Below, piece after piece: positions 19,172-29,945 of a stretch of DNA of 64,000 nucleotides. Origin of the DNA: Chitinophaga pinensis (lineage in GTDB: Bacteria > Bacteroidota > Bacteroidia > UBA4408). The position numbers and the translations under genes were made by a program. Each line of letters opens with the position of its first letter. Positions within the stretch are counted from its first letter, which is position 1. Location: assembly GCA_945861665.1 (NCBI GenBank), contig CAMAVS010000001.1:146403-210402 (forward strand), given 5' to 3'. The notes beneath the pieces are model-generated. The model was not told the DNA's origin and did no database searches. It was given only the letters and a program-made list of their open reading frames with translations.

Positions 19172-20083
19172 TTGTCATCACAACTAGTCATATTAGGCGC
19201 CAGTTCCGCCACTCCTACTTCAAACAGGAATCCCTCAGCCCAATTACTTAACATTCACGAACGTTATTTTTTGATTGATTGCGGTGAAGGCACCCAAATG
19301 CAATTGCGCAAATTCAAATTACGCTTTGCCAAAATAAACCATATTTTCATCAGCCACCTGCACGGTGACCATTACCTGGGTTTACTGGGTTTTTTATCGA
19401 GCCTTCATTTATTGGGACGTACCATTGAACTACACCTATATTGTCACCCTCCGCTGAAAGAAATTATTGATGTGCAACTTAAGCATTCCGAAACAACCTT
19501 ACGCTACACTATTGTTTATCACTTTTACGACAAAAAAGCCACAGAAGTATTGTTTGAAGACGATAAGGTAAAAGTAGAAACCATATTACTAAACCACCGT
19601 GTACCTTGCAGGGGCTTTTTGTTCACCGAAAAACCCGGATTGCTTTCCATAAAAAAGGACAAGATAGAATACTACAAAATACAGGTAAAAGAAATACACG
19701 CCATTAAATGCGGTGAAGATTTTGTAACCGCAGAAGGCAAAACCATTGCCAACCACTATTTAACTTGGCCAGCAAACAAACCTGTTTCCTATGCCTATTG
19801 CTCGGATACTTGTTACGATGAACGCATTCTGGAAAGCATAAAAGATGTAGATACACTTTACCATGAAGCCACTTTTATGCAATCGATGCAAAAAAGAGCA
19901 AAGGAGACCTACCACTCTACAGCAAAAGAAGCAGCCACTATTGCATTAAAAGCAAATGCAAAGAAACTTATCATCGGTCATTTTTCTGCTCGCTATAGCG
20001 ATTTAAACCCATTACTGGAGGAAGCAAAAGCTGTTTTTGAAAACACCGAACTGGCAGAAGAAGGCAAAGTGATTAAGTTTTAA
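19172..20083 (+). CDS. rnz: Ribonuclease Z
   Basis: DCGEGTQ, SHLHGDH, HEATF, GHFSARY. Confidence 0.96.
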   Translation: MSSQLVILGASSATPTSNRNPSAQLLNIHERYFLIDCGEGTQMQLRKFKLRFAKINHIFISHLHGDHYLGLLGFLSSLHLLGRTIELHLYCHPPLKEIIDVQLKHSETTLRYTIVYHFYDKKATEVLFEDDKVKVETILLNHRVPCRGFLFTEKPGLLSIKKDKIEYYKIQVKEIHAIKCGEDFVTAEGKTIANHYLTWPANKPVSYAYCSDTCYDERILESIKDVDTLYHEATFMQSMQKRAKETYHSTAKEAATIALKANAKKLIIGHFSARYSDLNPLLEEAKAVFENTELAEEGKVIKF

Positions 20084-20122
20084 GTATCAGCATCATTGCG
20101 CTGAACGAAGCAATATTTAAAA

Positions 20123-20179
20123 ATGAAAAAAAACACTGCTACTCTTTTTATTTTTCTTTTTCACACAAACTTTGTATGA
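20123..20179 (+). pseudogene. Orphan signal-peptide-like start, in frame with the downstream adhesin ORF
   Basis: MKKNTATLFIFLFHTNFV then TGA. Same frame as 20207 but separated by three stop codons. Confidence 0.4.
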
Positions 20180-20206
20180 TAACAAAAAAAATCATATTTT
20201 TAAGGG

Positions 20207-21154
20207 GTGGTGTTTGATAGTGCTACTTGTAATCTTTCGGATGGCTCGGCTGCTTTAGTGGTTGGTGGTGGTGTTTCTCCTTATACTTATTTGTGGGGCA
20301 ATGGAAGTGTGAATGATACCTTAGCGAATGTTATTTCGGGTACTTACAATCTTGTTATTACGGACAGCAACAATTGTTCTAAATCATTTTCAATTGTTGT
20401 TCCTTCGGTTAATCTTGGGGTAGCGTTTGATGTTTTGGTTTCAGAGGACGATACTTGTGGGAATGGTGGTGTGGCTTCGGTTATGAATTTACCCAATGCC
20501 TTTCCTCCTTATTTGTTTAGTTGGAATACTGTACCTGTTCAAAGTGGCTCTACTGCTAATGGTTTGGCTGCGGGGAATTATTCTGTTACTGTAACGGATG
20601 GCAGAGGTTGTAGCAGTGTAAAACAAGTGAGCATTGCTTTGGTAAACAGCAACAATGCCGATGCGGGTGTCGATATACAGATTAATAGTGGTGAAAGAGT
20701 AATCTTGAATGCATTGCCTGATAATGTACAGTATAGTTGGTCACCTACGGATGGTTTAAGTTGCAGCGATTGTAAGCATCCTGAGGCTAGTCCTTTAACA
20801 ACAACTACATACACATTAACCACTACCGATGTTAATGGGTGTAATGCCATTGACAGCATCACCATTACGGTAAACCAGGTAAATACCTTATTTGTTCCGG
20901 ATGTGTTTAGTCCGAACGGGGATGGTAAAAACGATGTGTTATTTGTTCGCGGCAGCAACATTGCGGAAGTTAATTTTGCTGTATACGACCGTTGGGGTGA
21001 AAGGGTATTTGAAACTAGGGATAAGAATTTTGGTTGGGATGGGACTTACAAAGGAAAGGAATTAAGCGGTGCTGTGTTTGTGTATTACTGCATTGGAAAA
21101 TACAACGATGGGAGTGAGTTTAAGGTGAAGGGGGATGTGACTTTAGTACGATAG
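20207..21154 (+). CDS. T9SS type B (gliding-motility-associated CHU_C) C-terminal domain protein with SprB-like repeats, probably 5'-truncated
   Basis: GGVSPYTYLW and GLAAGNYSVTVTDGRGC repeats; FVPDVFSPNGDGKND...DRWG...WDG CTD. GTG start with no signal peptide. Confidence 0.8.
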   Translation: MVFDSATCNLSDGSAALVVGGGVSPYTYLWGNGSVNDTLANVISGTYNLVITDSNNCSKSFSIVVPSVNLGVAFDVLVSEDDTCGNGGVASVMNLPNAFPPYLFSWNTVPVQSGSTANGLAAGNYSVTVTDGRGCSSVKQVSIALVNSNNADAGVDIQINSGERVILNALPDNVQYSWSPTDGLSCSDCKHPEASPLTTTTYTLTTTDVNGCNAIDSITITVNQVNTLFVPDVFSPNGDGKNDVLFVRGSNIAEVNFAVYDRWGERVFETRDKNFGWDGTYKGKELSGAVFVYYCIGKYNDGSEFKVKGDVTLVR

Positions 21155-21203
21155 ATAAAAAGTTAAACTAAAATCACCAATTTTCTAATTGTTACATTTT
21201 CAT

Positions 21204-21219
21204 CTCGATAGCTATCGGG
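21204..21219. repeat. Palindrome CTCGATAGCTATCGGG, copy 2 (intergenic)
   Basis: Extends to TCTCGATAGCTATCGGGA (21203-21220); lies between convergent genes. Confidence 0.75.
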
Positions 21220-21246
21220 ACAAATTTCCTTTAATAATATTAAAAT

Positions 21247-21285
21247 AAAAAGCCCCTTCACTTTATCAGCAAAGGGGCTTCTTTT
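21247..21285. terminator. Probably bidirectional intrinsic terminator after rpmA
   Basis: AAGCCCCTT/AAGGGGCTT stem with A-run on the left and T-rich tail on the right. Confidence 0.8.
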
Positions 21286-21299
21286 AATATGTTATTAAC

Positions 21300-21566
21300 T
21301 TATGCTTCAGCAGCAAATGGAGCTACAGAAACGTATGATTTTTGGTCCTTTTTCTTTCTGAATTCAACAATACCATCAACCAAAGCAAATAAGGTATGGT
21401 CTTTACCAATACCAACATTTACACTTGGATTGTGTTTTGTTCCGCGTTGACGCACGATGATGTTACCGGCTATTGCCAATTGTCCACCAAATATTTTAAC
21501 TCCCAGTCTTTTACTGTGTGATTCTCTACCGTTTTTGGAGCTACCGGCTCCTTTTTTATGTGCCAT
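21300..21566 (-). CDS. rpmA: 50S ribosomal protein L27
   Basis: [16 protein letters not shown]...RQRGTK. Confidence 0.99.
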   Translation of the reverse strand: MAHKKGAGSSKNGRESHSKRLGVKIFGGQLAIAGNIIVRQRGTKHNPSVNVGIGKDHTLFALVDGIVEFRKKKDQKSYVSVAPFAAEA

Positions 21567-21606
21567 TGTATGTTATAATTAAATGGTTATTAATTTAAAA
21601 TTTGGA

Positions 21607-21918
21607 TTATCCTTTTACCGATTCGATAGCAATTTTGGTAAACTGCTGACGGTGACCGTTCGATTTTTGATATCCTTTTCTACGTTTTTTCTTAAAAACG
21701 ATAACCTTATCACCCTTATCGTGTGAAAGGATTTTTGCGGAAACTTTTGCTCCGCTGATAACTGGGGCGCCTACTTTCACTTTGCCGTTATCGTCAGTCA
21801 ATAAAACTTGCTCAAATTCTACTTTTGAGCCTACTTCACCTTCTAAACGATGTACGAAGATCTGCTGGTCTTTGCTAACTTTGAATTGTTGCCCTGCTAT
21901 TTCTACTATTGCGTACAT
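21607..21918 (-). CDS. rplU: 50S ribosomal protein L21
   Basis: [14 protein letters not shown]...FKKKRRKGY...GHRQ. Confidence 0.99.
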   Translation of the reverse strand: MYAIVEIAGQQFKVSKDQQIFVHRLEGEVGSKVEFEQVLLTDDNGKVKVGAPVISGAKVSAKILSHDKGDKVIVFKKKRRKGYQKSNGHRQQFTKIAIESVKG

Positions 21919-22012
21919 TGTTATTAATTTTTATTATCCCTAAAAACAATATTAGGGGGTGCGAAATTACAAATTTTTACGTATTCACAAAAATTTCAAG
22001 CAAAAAATGGTC

Positions 22013-23941
22013 TTATTTCTTTTTGCCGTTTTGTAAAGCCCTTTGCTGTTGCTGTTTTGCCATCGTTTCCAACTTTTGTTGAAAACTCGATTTTTTAGCA
22101 GATTCAGGCTTTTTCTTGTTCTCTTGTATTTTTCTGTGAATAGCATCCTCGTCAACAAACCTCTTTATAAGCCATTGTTGTCCAAAAGTAAGCATATTCG
22201 CCAAGAAATAGTAATAACTCAAACCTGCGGCATAGTTATTAAATACACCTAAGAACACAATCGGCATCAAGTACATTATCCACTTCATTTGCGCCATTTG
22301 AGGGTTATCGCCCGTCAATTGGTTGTTCATTCGGGTATAAATAATAGTAGAAACCGTCATCAATAGGGTAAATAAACTTACGTGGTCGCCATAAAAAGGA
22401 ATTTCAAAACCAAAATTGTAAATAGAATCGTAGGTAGAAAGGTCAGTTGCCCAAAGGAAAGGTTGCTGCCTTAACTCAATAGAAGACGGAAAAAAGCGAA
22501 ACATAGCAATGAGAATAGGCATTTGCAATAACATTGGCAAACAGCCACCCAATGGATTTACACCTGCTTTTCGATACAATGCCATTACCGTTTGTTGCTT
22601 TTTCATCGGGTCGTCTGTTCCGAATTTCAAGTTTATCTCGTCTACTTCGGGCTTTAACACCTTCATTTTTGCTGTAGACAGGTAAGCTTTATAGGTTAGC
22701 GGAAGCAATACTATTTTAATAAGTATGGTAAGCAAAAGGATAATGATACCGTAGTTTAAGTTAAATCCACTCAAAAAGTTAAATACAGGAATAACGCAAA
22801 AACGGTTTACCCAACCAAAAATACCCCATCCCAATGGAATTTGCTCCTCCAAGGCTAAATCGTACTGCTTTAATGTTTTATAGTGGTTTGGACCAAAATA
22901 CATACTCATTTCAATCGTTTCGCTTGCTTGGTGTCCGTATGGAAGCGATAAGCTTGCGCTCATTGCTTTTACATACTTTTTTGAATACGGCAAACCGATG
23001 GTTTCAATATCTGTTGGTTTTTCAAATCCATTTTTCGAAACCAATACCGAAGTAAAAAACTGTTGTTTAAAAGCGACCCATTTCAACTTTGTTGGTATTG
23101 CCTCCTTTTCATCCTTCATCTCATTTAAATAATCTACCTCATCGTCAAAATGCTTGTAATAAATGGTTGAAGCTTCCTGTTCACCTTTATGCCCCTTTTC
23201 GTGCTTCATTGCCTTAACCGACCAATTCAAGTCCAAACTTGTTGAGTTTGCAGCAATTACTTCCTGCATTCCCACAATGTTGATGTTAAAATCGAGCATA
23301 TAGTTATTGCCCGATAATTTGTATTGGTATTCAATGTATTTATTATCGCCTGCATACAACCGCATAGCAAAAGCCTTTTTAGTATCGCCTGTTAAGCTAA
23401 AACCTTCGCTTTGTGCTTTAAAATAAAGTGAGTCGGTATTGTAAATACGGTTTTGGGAAATAAAACTCAAACCAAATTTGGATGAATCGGGTTCAACCAA
23501 AAACAAAGGCTTTTTATCGAATGTAGTATATTTCTTTAACTCAACACTGCGTATCCTACCCCCTTTTGAGGATATACCAACCTTCATTAATTCATTTTCA
23601 ATGGTAATGGTTTCATCTTTACCATCCACCGATTGATAAAAAGCACCGTATATATTTTTCTTATTTACTTGTTTCAATGAATCGCTTACTGATGATGAAG
23701 CGATAGATGATGAAGCGATAGTTGATGCAGTGTCTTTCAATGTATCAGCAACCGTTTTCAAAACCTCGGTACGAAGTTGGGCCTGTTGTTTTTCCTTTTG
23801 AGCTAATTTTGCAACAGCCGCTATTGAATCAGTCTTTCTTTTTGATATAGCTATTTCTTCCTTACTTGGGCTATTGTATACACTAAAACCAATAAGTATA
23901 GCTGCAATAAGCGTCAATCCAATAATCGAATTTTTATCCAT
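22013..23941 (-). CDS. yidC: Membrane protein insertase YidC
   Basis: N-terminal anchor, periplasmic domain with WVAFKQQFF, YFGPN, GGCLPMLLQMP, GLSYYYF. Confidence 0.97.
   Translation of the reverse strand: MDKNSIIGLTLIAAILIGFSVYNSPSKEEIAISKRKTDSIAAVAKLAQKEKQQAQLRTEVLKTVADTLKDTASTIASSSIASSSVSDSLKQVNKKNIYGAFYQSVDGKDETITIENELMKVGISSKGGRIRSVELKKYTTFDKKPLFLVEPDSSKFGLSFISQNRIYNTDSLYFKAQSEGFSLTGDTKKAFAMRLYAGDNKYIEYQYKLSGNNYMLDFNINIVGMQEVIAANSTSLDLNWSVKAMKHEKGHKGEQEASTIYYKHFDDEVDYLNEMKDEKEAIPTKLKWVAFKQQFFTSVLVSKNGFEKPTDIETIGLPYSKKYVKAMSASLSLPYGHQASETIEMSMYFGPNHYKTLKQYDLALEEQIPLGWGIFGWVNRFCVIPVFNFLSGFNLNYGIIILLLTILIKIVLLPLTYKAYLSTAKMKVLKPEVDEINLKFGTDDPMKKQQTVMALYRKAGVNPLGGCLPMLLQMPILIAMFRFFPSSIELRQQPFLWATDLSTYDSIYNFGFEIPFYGDHVSLFTLLMTVSTIIYTRMNNQLTGDNPQMAQMKWIMYLMPIVFLGVFNNYAAGLSYYYFLANMLTFGQQWLIKRFVDEDAIHRKIQENKKKPESAKKSSFQQKLETMAKQQQQRALQNGKKK
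23691..23720. repeat. Exact 15-bp tandem duplication within yidC linker
   Basis: GATGATGAAGCGATA twice; encodes the repeated IASSS. Confidence 0.85.
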
Positions 23942-23963
23942 TTCTCTTTAAAAAATAAGGTTG

Positions 23964-23971
23964 CAAAGATA
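23964..23971 (-). promoter_or_regulatory. -7 promoter element for yidC
   Basis: TATCTTTG on the minus strand 22 bp upstream of the ATG. Confidence 0.65.
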
Positions 23972-24025
23972 TTATTTTTTGATTAGTAAATTGGAATTAA
24001 TAGCTTTGCTTAACTGATTTTAACG

Positions 24026-24055
24026 AAAAAGGCGGTTAGAATCTAACCGCCCTTT
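24026..24055 (-). terminator. Intrinsic terminator of the S8 peptidase gene
   Basis: GGCGGTTAGA-A-TCTAACCGCC inverted repeat (24031-24051) with T-run on the minus strand. Confidence 0.85.
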
Positions 24056-24074
24056 AAACTAAAATTAAGAAACC

Positions 24075-27000
24075 TTAATTCTTTACAAACTTTGATGAGT
24101 AAACCCTCTTCTCTCCCATCATTCTTATATAATAAATTCCATCAGCTTGCTTAGCCATATCAATATATAATTTATTTTCGCCCGAAACAATCATCATATC
24201 AGATGAGTATACAATTTGTCCCAAACTATTCACAATCGATACAGTTGAGTTTTTTACACCAATTCCATTATTGTTTATAGTTAACTGCAATGCATCTACA
24301 ACACTATTGTAAATAGTTGAAATAGTATTGTTGTTTATTAAGTAATCAATTCCGGTACAGGGATCAACCGTAATTTTGATTGATATTGAGTCGGGGCAAC
24401 CGTTAGCAACCGTACCGGTAACAGTATACGTGGTAGTTTGAGTAGGTGTGGCAATTACTGTTGCAGCGTTGTTCACATTTAAACCTGCGGCAGGCGACCA
24501 AGAATAAGTTGAGGCGCCGCCTGCAGTTATTGTAGCACCCACTATAGCACCAACACAAATAGTATCGCTGCTTGGTGTGACTGTTACGATTGGAGACTGT
24601 ATTACAGTAATAGTTTTTGTATATGAATTATCGCTACCGCAATTGTTTGTAGTAGTTAAAGTTGCGGTATATGTCCCAACAGTACTATAAGATACTACAG
24701 GAACTGAAGTATTTGAAGTAGCAGGTGTTCCGCCAACAAAGGTCCAAGCAAATGTATTCACATTAGAACTTAAAGAACCATCAAAAGTAATTAATTGTCC
24801 TGTGCAACCGGTCGTAGTTGATTCTGTGACAACTGAAAGCGGTACAGGCTCTACAATTATTGTTACAAGTGTAGTTCCTACACAGCCGTTAGCACCTGTA
24901 CCGGAAACAGTATAGGTTGTAGTTTGAACAGGATTGGCAACAGGGTTAGCACAATTGGTGCAACTTAAGCCCGTAGCAGGGCTCCAAGTAAATGAAGGTG
25001 CACCGGTTGCTGTTAATTGAGTTGAACCGCCTATACATATTGTTCCTTGTGCGGCAGTAACACTCACTGTTGGTTTTGGTTTTACAACTATCGTAGTTGC
25101 CAAAGAATCGACATTGTGGCAACCTCCTCCTTGAACATAAAGTACTACGTTGTATGTTCCCGGTGTACTGTATAAAACAATTTGTTGGATATTGTTTGAA
25201 AATGCTGGTGAACCACCCGGAAAAAGAAACAACAAGGTATCATCAAGGGTAGAACCTGTAGCATTAAAATTAACTACTTCGCCTTCACAAATACTGAAAG
25301 ATGACTGAGTATAAGTTGCAACAGTTGGCACATTGGTAACGAATGGGAAAATAGCTGCCGAAATAAATACATTCCAAGTACCTGCATTTCCATATTGAAA
25401 CCAATTATTTGTTTGTTGTTGCTCCCAAATTCCAGCGGGGATTGATTCAGGGTCAGTATTGCTTACTAAACTCAAGGTATCCTTCGTTGCAGCCCAAGAT
25501 AAATTTGTTAAATCAATTCCGATGAAAAATTTCTTAGAAGCAGGAATATTTATTGGTGTTGGGAACTCAATTCTGGTGAGGTAGTTATTTTGAACATCGC
25601 TCATAATTTGCCCCATTGTTAAATTCAAAGTTGCTAATACAGCTCCAGGTGTTCCTGCAGTTCCATCATATACCTTAACAGGAACCACTTTATTTTGATT
25701 CGCGGAATAAGCTCTTCCAAAATATAAAAATGCTCCGGTAAGGAAATTTTTAGGATTTGCTGTTAAATCATAATACTGCGCTTTTATCTTTGCATTATCA
25801 GTAGCATTCTTACCGTTTATCCAACCGTTTTGTCCTACCCCTCCTCCACCAACATAGTATTGTGTAAGGCTCCAAACAGGATTCTGACCGGTAACATATT
25901 GCCAATTTACAGTATCACAACCTCCACTTGGGCTCACAATAATATAACCGGTTTTGGTTTCGGTATCTGAACCGTTAGCATTGGTAGCAACCAGTGTTAC
26001 AGTATAAGTTCCTGCAGTATTGTAAGTAATATTTGGTGGATTTTGACCAACAAAAGATGCAGGAGTTCCACCTGTGAAAGTCCAAGTCCAAGTTGTTGGA
26101 GTAAAAGAACTTAAATCGGTAAACTGTGTTTGTCCACCTGCATTTAATGTAGTATATGATGCTATAAAATCGGCAGTTGGAGGAAAACTAAGCGATAAAT
26201 CAACACAGTTCATAGCTGCATTGGCATTTATTCTTCCGCTTCCCAATTGTCCAATATAGCCAGGATTTTGAGCATTAATATTATCGGCAGTTGATAACAA
26301 ACAATTTGTTAAATAAGCTTGAGACAATCCGGGGTTTAATGAGAGCATTAAACCACAAAGTCCTGCAACCATAGGCGATGCCATAGACGTCCCTGATTTA
26401 TTACCATATGTATTCCCAACCACGGTTGCATATATATTGTCACCAGGCGCAGAAACATCAATCCAGTTTCCATAGTTAGAAAAACTTGCCTTAGCATCGT
26501 TACTTGAAGTTGCCGCGACAGAAATTACATTGGTAAAGGCCGCAGGGTAAAACAAGGTATTCACATTGCTATTTCCTGCGGCAGCAATTAAAACACATCC
26601 TTGACCATAAGCATAATTCATTATATTTTGTCCTGTTTGGGAAAATCCGCTCCCCCCCCACGACATATTGATAACATCGGTACCATTGTCTGCCGCATAC
26701 ACAACACCATCATAACCGTTTGTAATTGATACAGGAGTACTTGTACTTTTCACACACATTAAGCTTACTCCAAATCCAATAGAAGCAACACCTGTATTGT
26801 TGTTGCCTTCTGCTCCTACAATACCTGCAACGTGTGTTCCGTGATCGTATGAATTATTGGTTGGATTTGGATTATTATCCATATCGGCAACATCATAACC
26901 ATTTATATCGTCTATGTATCCATTATTATCGTCATCAATATTATTGTTAGCTATTTCACCTGGATTAACCCAAACATTACCTATTAAATCTGGATGTGAA

Positions 27001-27533
27001 CGCAATACCGCATCGTCAACAATTGCCACAACTATAGATGAACTTCCTGTGGAGTAATCCCAAGCAGTGGTAGAATTAATTTTTGCCAAACCCCACTGAG
27101 AACCATAGCTGGGATCGTTTGGAGTAAGTGTGGTTTTTGAAATGGGTACCTTTTCGGCATATTCCACTTTACCCGATGCTTCAATTGCTTTTATAAACTT
27201 ATCTACGTTTGAAATATCGCTGAATTCTACTAAATATATTCTTTTTAAGTCTCCGTGTTTTGCTTTTGCAAAAGGAATAGAAAGATTTGTTACACCGTAA
27301 CTTTTAGATAAAGATGCAATAAATGATAAATTATTTATGTTTACGTGTCTGTTATCCTCATTGATATTTACATCAATTACAGTGTTGTTTTTTACCTTGA
27401 GCCATATTTTTCCATCTTGGTAGTCATTGTAAACGCTTTGTGCCGACAATGATTGAGAGATTAAAAATAACGAGAAAGCAATTTTTGAAATTGTTTTAAA
27501 ACTAATTTTTAGAAAAGTAGACTGTTTTTTCAT
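24075..27533 (-). CDS. S8 subtilisin-like serine peptidase with PKD/Ig-like domains and T9SS type A C-terminal domain
   Basis: Triad motifs VAIVDD, HGTHVAG, GTSMASP; PKD (WTWTFTGGTP); CTD ending GIYYIRM...KFVKN. Confidence 0.92.
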   Translation of the reverse strand: MKKQSTFLKISFKTISKIAFSLFLISQSLSAQSVYNDYQDGKIWLKVKNNTVIDVNINEDNRHVNINNLSFIASLSKSYGVTNLSIPFAKAKHGDLKRIYLVEFSDISNVDKFIKAIEASGKVEYAEKVPISKTTLTPNDPSYGSQWGLAKINSTTAWDYSTGSSSIVVAIVDDAVLRSHPDLIGNVWVNPGEIANNNIDDDNNGYIDDINGYDVADMDNNPNPTNNSYDHGTHVAGIVGAEGNNNTGVASIGFGVSLMCVKSTSTPVSITNGYDGVVYAADNGTDVINMSWGGSGFSQTGQNIMNYAYGQGCVLIAAAGNSNVNTLFYPAAFTNVISVAATSSNDAKASFSNYGNWIDVSAPGDNIYATVVGNTYGNKSGTSMASPMVAGLCGLMLSLNPGLSQAYLTNCLLSTADNINAQNPGYIGQLGSGRINANAAMNCVDLSLSFPPTADFIASYTTLNAGGQTQFTDLSSFTPTTWTWTFTGGTPASFVGQNPPNITYNTAGTYTVTLVATNANGSDTETKTGYIIVSPSGGCDTVNWQYVTGQNPVWSLTQYYVGGGGVGQNGWINGKNATDNAKIKAQYYDLTANPKNFLTGAFLYFGRAYSANQNKVVPVKVYDGTAGTPGAVLATLNLTMGQIMSDVQNNYLTRIEFPTPINIPASKKFFIGIDLTNLSWAATKDTLSLVSNTDPESIPAGIWEQQQTNNWFQYGNAGTWNVFISAAIFPFVTNVPTVATYTQSSFSICEGEVVNFNATGSTLDDTLLFLFPGGSPAFSNNIQQIVLYSTPGTYNVVLYVQGGGCHNVDSLATTIVVKPKPTVSVTAAQGTICIGGSTQLTATGAPSFTWSPATGLSCTNCANPVANPVQTTTYTVSGTGANGCVGTTLVTIIVEPVPLSVVTESTTTGCTGQLITFDGSLSSNVNTFAWTFVGGTPATSNTSVPVVSYSTVGTYTATLTTTNNCGSDNSYTKTITVIQSPIVTVTPSSDTICVGAIVGATITAGGASTYSWSPAAGLNVNNAATVIATPTQTTTYTVTGTVANGCPDSISIKITVDPCTGIDYLINNNTISTIYNSVVDALQLTINNNGIGVKNSTVSIVNSLGQIVYSSDMMIVSGENKLYIDMAKQADGIYYIRMMGEKRVYSSKFVKN

Positions 27534-27675
27534 CCTTATTAAATTTTTATTTGAAATCTAAATTAAAATTAATCCATCCAAAAACCTAATTCAAGCCCCA
27601 ATATTTTATTCACAAGTATTTTAGGCTGTTGAAAAAACAATTCGGTAAAAAATAGATAAGCCACATTAATAAAAT

Positions 27676-27683
27676 TACTTTTG
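27676..27683 (+). promoter_or_regulatory. -7 promoter element for purL
   Basis: TACTTTTG ending 19 bp before the ATG. Confidence 0.65.
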
Positions 27684-27702
27684 TGGAACTAAAAAAAAGA
27701 CA

Positions 27703-29940
27703 ATGCAATCGACCGCAAACGAGACCTTAACAAACCTTGATACAGCAAAAAAGCTAGGATTATTGCCTGAAGAATTTGAAAAGATAAAAGAAATTCTAGG
27801 GCGTACCCCTAATTTTACAGAACTGAGCATTTTTTCAGTAATGTGGAGCGAACACTGCTCGTATAAAAATTCTATCACTTGGCTTAAAACTTTGCCTAAG
27901 GATGGCGCAAGAATGTTGGCAAAAGCAGGGGATGAGAATGCAGGATTGGTTGATATCGGTGATGGTTTAGCCTGTGCTTTTAAAATAGAATCACACAACC
28001 ACCCTTCGGCACTTGAACCTTACCAAGGTGCTGCAACCGGAGTAGGTGGAATTAACAGAGATATTTTTACAATGGGTGCTCGCCCAATCGCTCAACTTAA
28101 TTCGCTTCGTTTTGGTGATATTAAACTTGACCGCACAAAATGGTTGGTAAAAGGTGTTGTAAAAGGAATTGGTAATTATGGAAATGCTTTTGGAATACCT
28201 ACCGTTGGCGGTGAAGTATTTTTTGATGAATGCTATAATATCAATCCACTTGTAAATGCAATGAGTGCAGGAATAGTAAAAGTGGGCGAAACAATTTCCG
28301 CAACTTCTTATGGTGTTGGAAACCCTGTATACATTGTAGGTTCCGCAACTGGAAAAGACGGTATTCACGGAGCAACTTTCGCTTCTTCCGACATTACCAA
28401 AGATTCAGCAAAAGACTTACCAGCCGTTCAAGTAGGTGACCCTTTTCAAGAAAAACTATTGTTGGAAGCTACCTTAGAAGTAATAAAAAGTGGGGCAGTT
28501 GTGGGTATGCAAGATATGGGAGCGGCAGGAATAATTTGCTCTACCAGTGAAATGAGTGCAAAGGGCGAACATGGAATGAAAATATATTTAGACAAAGTGC
28601 CTACCCGTCAGGCCAATATGTTACCGTTTGAAATCTTGCTTTCCGAAAGTCAAGAAAGGATGTTGGTAGTAGTTACAAAAGGAAGAGAAAAAGAAATTGA
28701 AAAAATATTTGATAAATGGGATTTAAATTGTGAATTGATTGGAGAGGTTACTAGCACAAAAAGATTGGAGTATTATATGAAAGGGGAATTGGTTGCCGAT
28801 GTTCCTGCTTACGATTTAGTGTTGGGCGGTGGTGCTCCAATTTACAAACGTGAGTATAGAGAACCAAGCTATTTTGCTGAATCAAAAAAGTTTTCAATTG
28901 ATCAGGTGCAAGAACCTACTGACATTAATAAAGTAATAGAACACTTGGTTAGTCACCCGAACATTGCCTCTAAAAAATGGGTAGTAGAGCAATACGATTC
29001 AATGGTAGGAACAGTGAATATGAGTACCAACAATCCCTCGGATGCCGCCATTGTAAATATAAAAGGAACAAACAAAGCTATAGCACTAACTGTTGATTGT
29101 AACTCTCGTTATGTAAATGCCGACCCTGAAACGGGTTGTGCCATTGCTGTTTCGGAAGCTGCGCGCAACATTGTTTGTTCTGGTGGAGAACCTACTGCAA
29201 TTACAAATTGTTTAAACTTTGGTAATCCTTATAACCCTGAAGTGTATTGGCAATTTGTAGGGGCAATAAAAGGTATGAGCAAAGCTTGTTTAAAATTTGG
29301 AACACCTGTTACTGGTGGAAATGTTAGTTTTTACAACCAAACGAGTAACGGTGATAAAACAGAACCTGTTTTTCCAACTCCGACAATAGGTATGTTGGGA
29401 ATTGTTGACAACAAAGAATTTTTCACTTCCCTTTCTTTTAAAAAAGCAGGTGACAAAATTTATTTAATAGGAAAATCGGTTAATGATATTGCATCATCTG
29501 AATATTTGTACTCTTACCAAAAAGTTAAAAACTCTCCGGCACCAGCATTCAATTTGGATTATGAATATACAATTCAGCAAGGTATTCGTAAACTCATTCA
29601 AGGAAAACATATACAGTCGGCTCACGATTGTGCTGACGGTGGTTTATTTATCACCCTGTTAGAATCGTCAATGCCAAACAATTTAGGTTTTGATATTGTT
29701 TGCGACAAAAGCATTCGAAAAGACGCTTTCCTTTTTGGTGAAGCACAAAGCAGAGTTGTTGTTTCAGTAAGCAAAGAAAAAGAAGAAGCATTTGTAAACT
29801 TATTAAAAAAAGAAGCTATTGATTTCAGTTTATTGGGCGAAGTGAGCATTGGAGAAAACAGCATCGACAAGCAAAAAACAAGGAACACCAAGGAGTTGAA
29901 AAACAAATTTGATAGTGCACTTGCAAACTGCTTAAACTAA
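27703..29940 (+). CDS. purL: Phosphoribosylformylglycinamidine synthase subunit PurL
   Basis: [40 protein letters not shown]. Confidence 0.98.
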   Translation: MQSTANETLTNLDTAKKLGLLPEEFEKIKEILGRTPNFTELSIFSVMWSEHCSYKNSITWLKTLPKDGARMLAKAGDENAGLVDIGDGLACAFKIESHNHPSALEPYQGAATGVGGINRDIFTMGARPIAQLNSLRFGDIKLDRTKWLVKGVVKGIGNYGNAFGIPTVGGEVFFDECYNINPLVNAMSAGIVKVGETISATSYGVGNPVYIVGSATGKDGIHGATFASSDITKDSAKDLPAVQVGDPFQEKLLLEATLEVIKSGAVVGMQDMGAAGIICSTSEMSAKGEHGMKIYLDKVPTRQANMLPFEILLSESQERMLVVVTKGREKEIEKIFDKWDLNCELIGEVTSTKRLEYYMKGELVADVPAYDLVLGGGAPIYKREYREPSYFAESKKFSIDQVQEPTDINKVIEHLVSHPNIASKKWVVEQYDSMVGTVNMSTNNPSDAAIVNIKGTNKAIALTVDCNSRYVNADPETGCAIAVSEAARNIVCSGGEPTAITNCLNFGNPYNPEVYWQFVGAIKGMSKACLKFGTPVTGGNVSFYNQTSNGDKTEPVFPTPTIGMLGIVDNKEFFTSLSFKKAGDKIYLIGKSVNDIASSEYLYSYQKVKNSPAPAFNLDYEYTIQQGIRKLIQGKHIQSAHDCADGGLFITLLESSMPNNLGFDIVCDKSIRKDAFLFGEAQSRVVVSVSKEKEEAFVNLLKKEAIDFSLLGEVSIGENSIDKQKTRNTKELKNKFDSALANCLN

Positions 29941-29945
29941 TTTTC

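Noticed and set aside
20197-20620. Diversity-generating retroelement variable region as the cause of the A depletion
   Set aside because: No reverse transcriptase or template repeat in the window. The 40535 paralog differs mainly at synonymous sites of all bases, not specifically at adenines.
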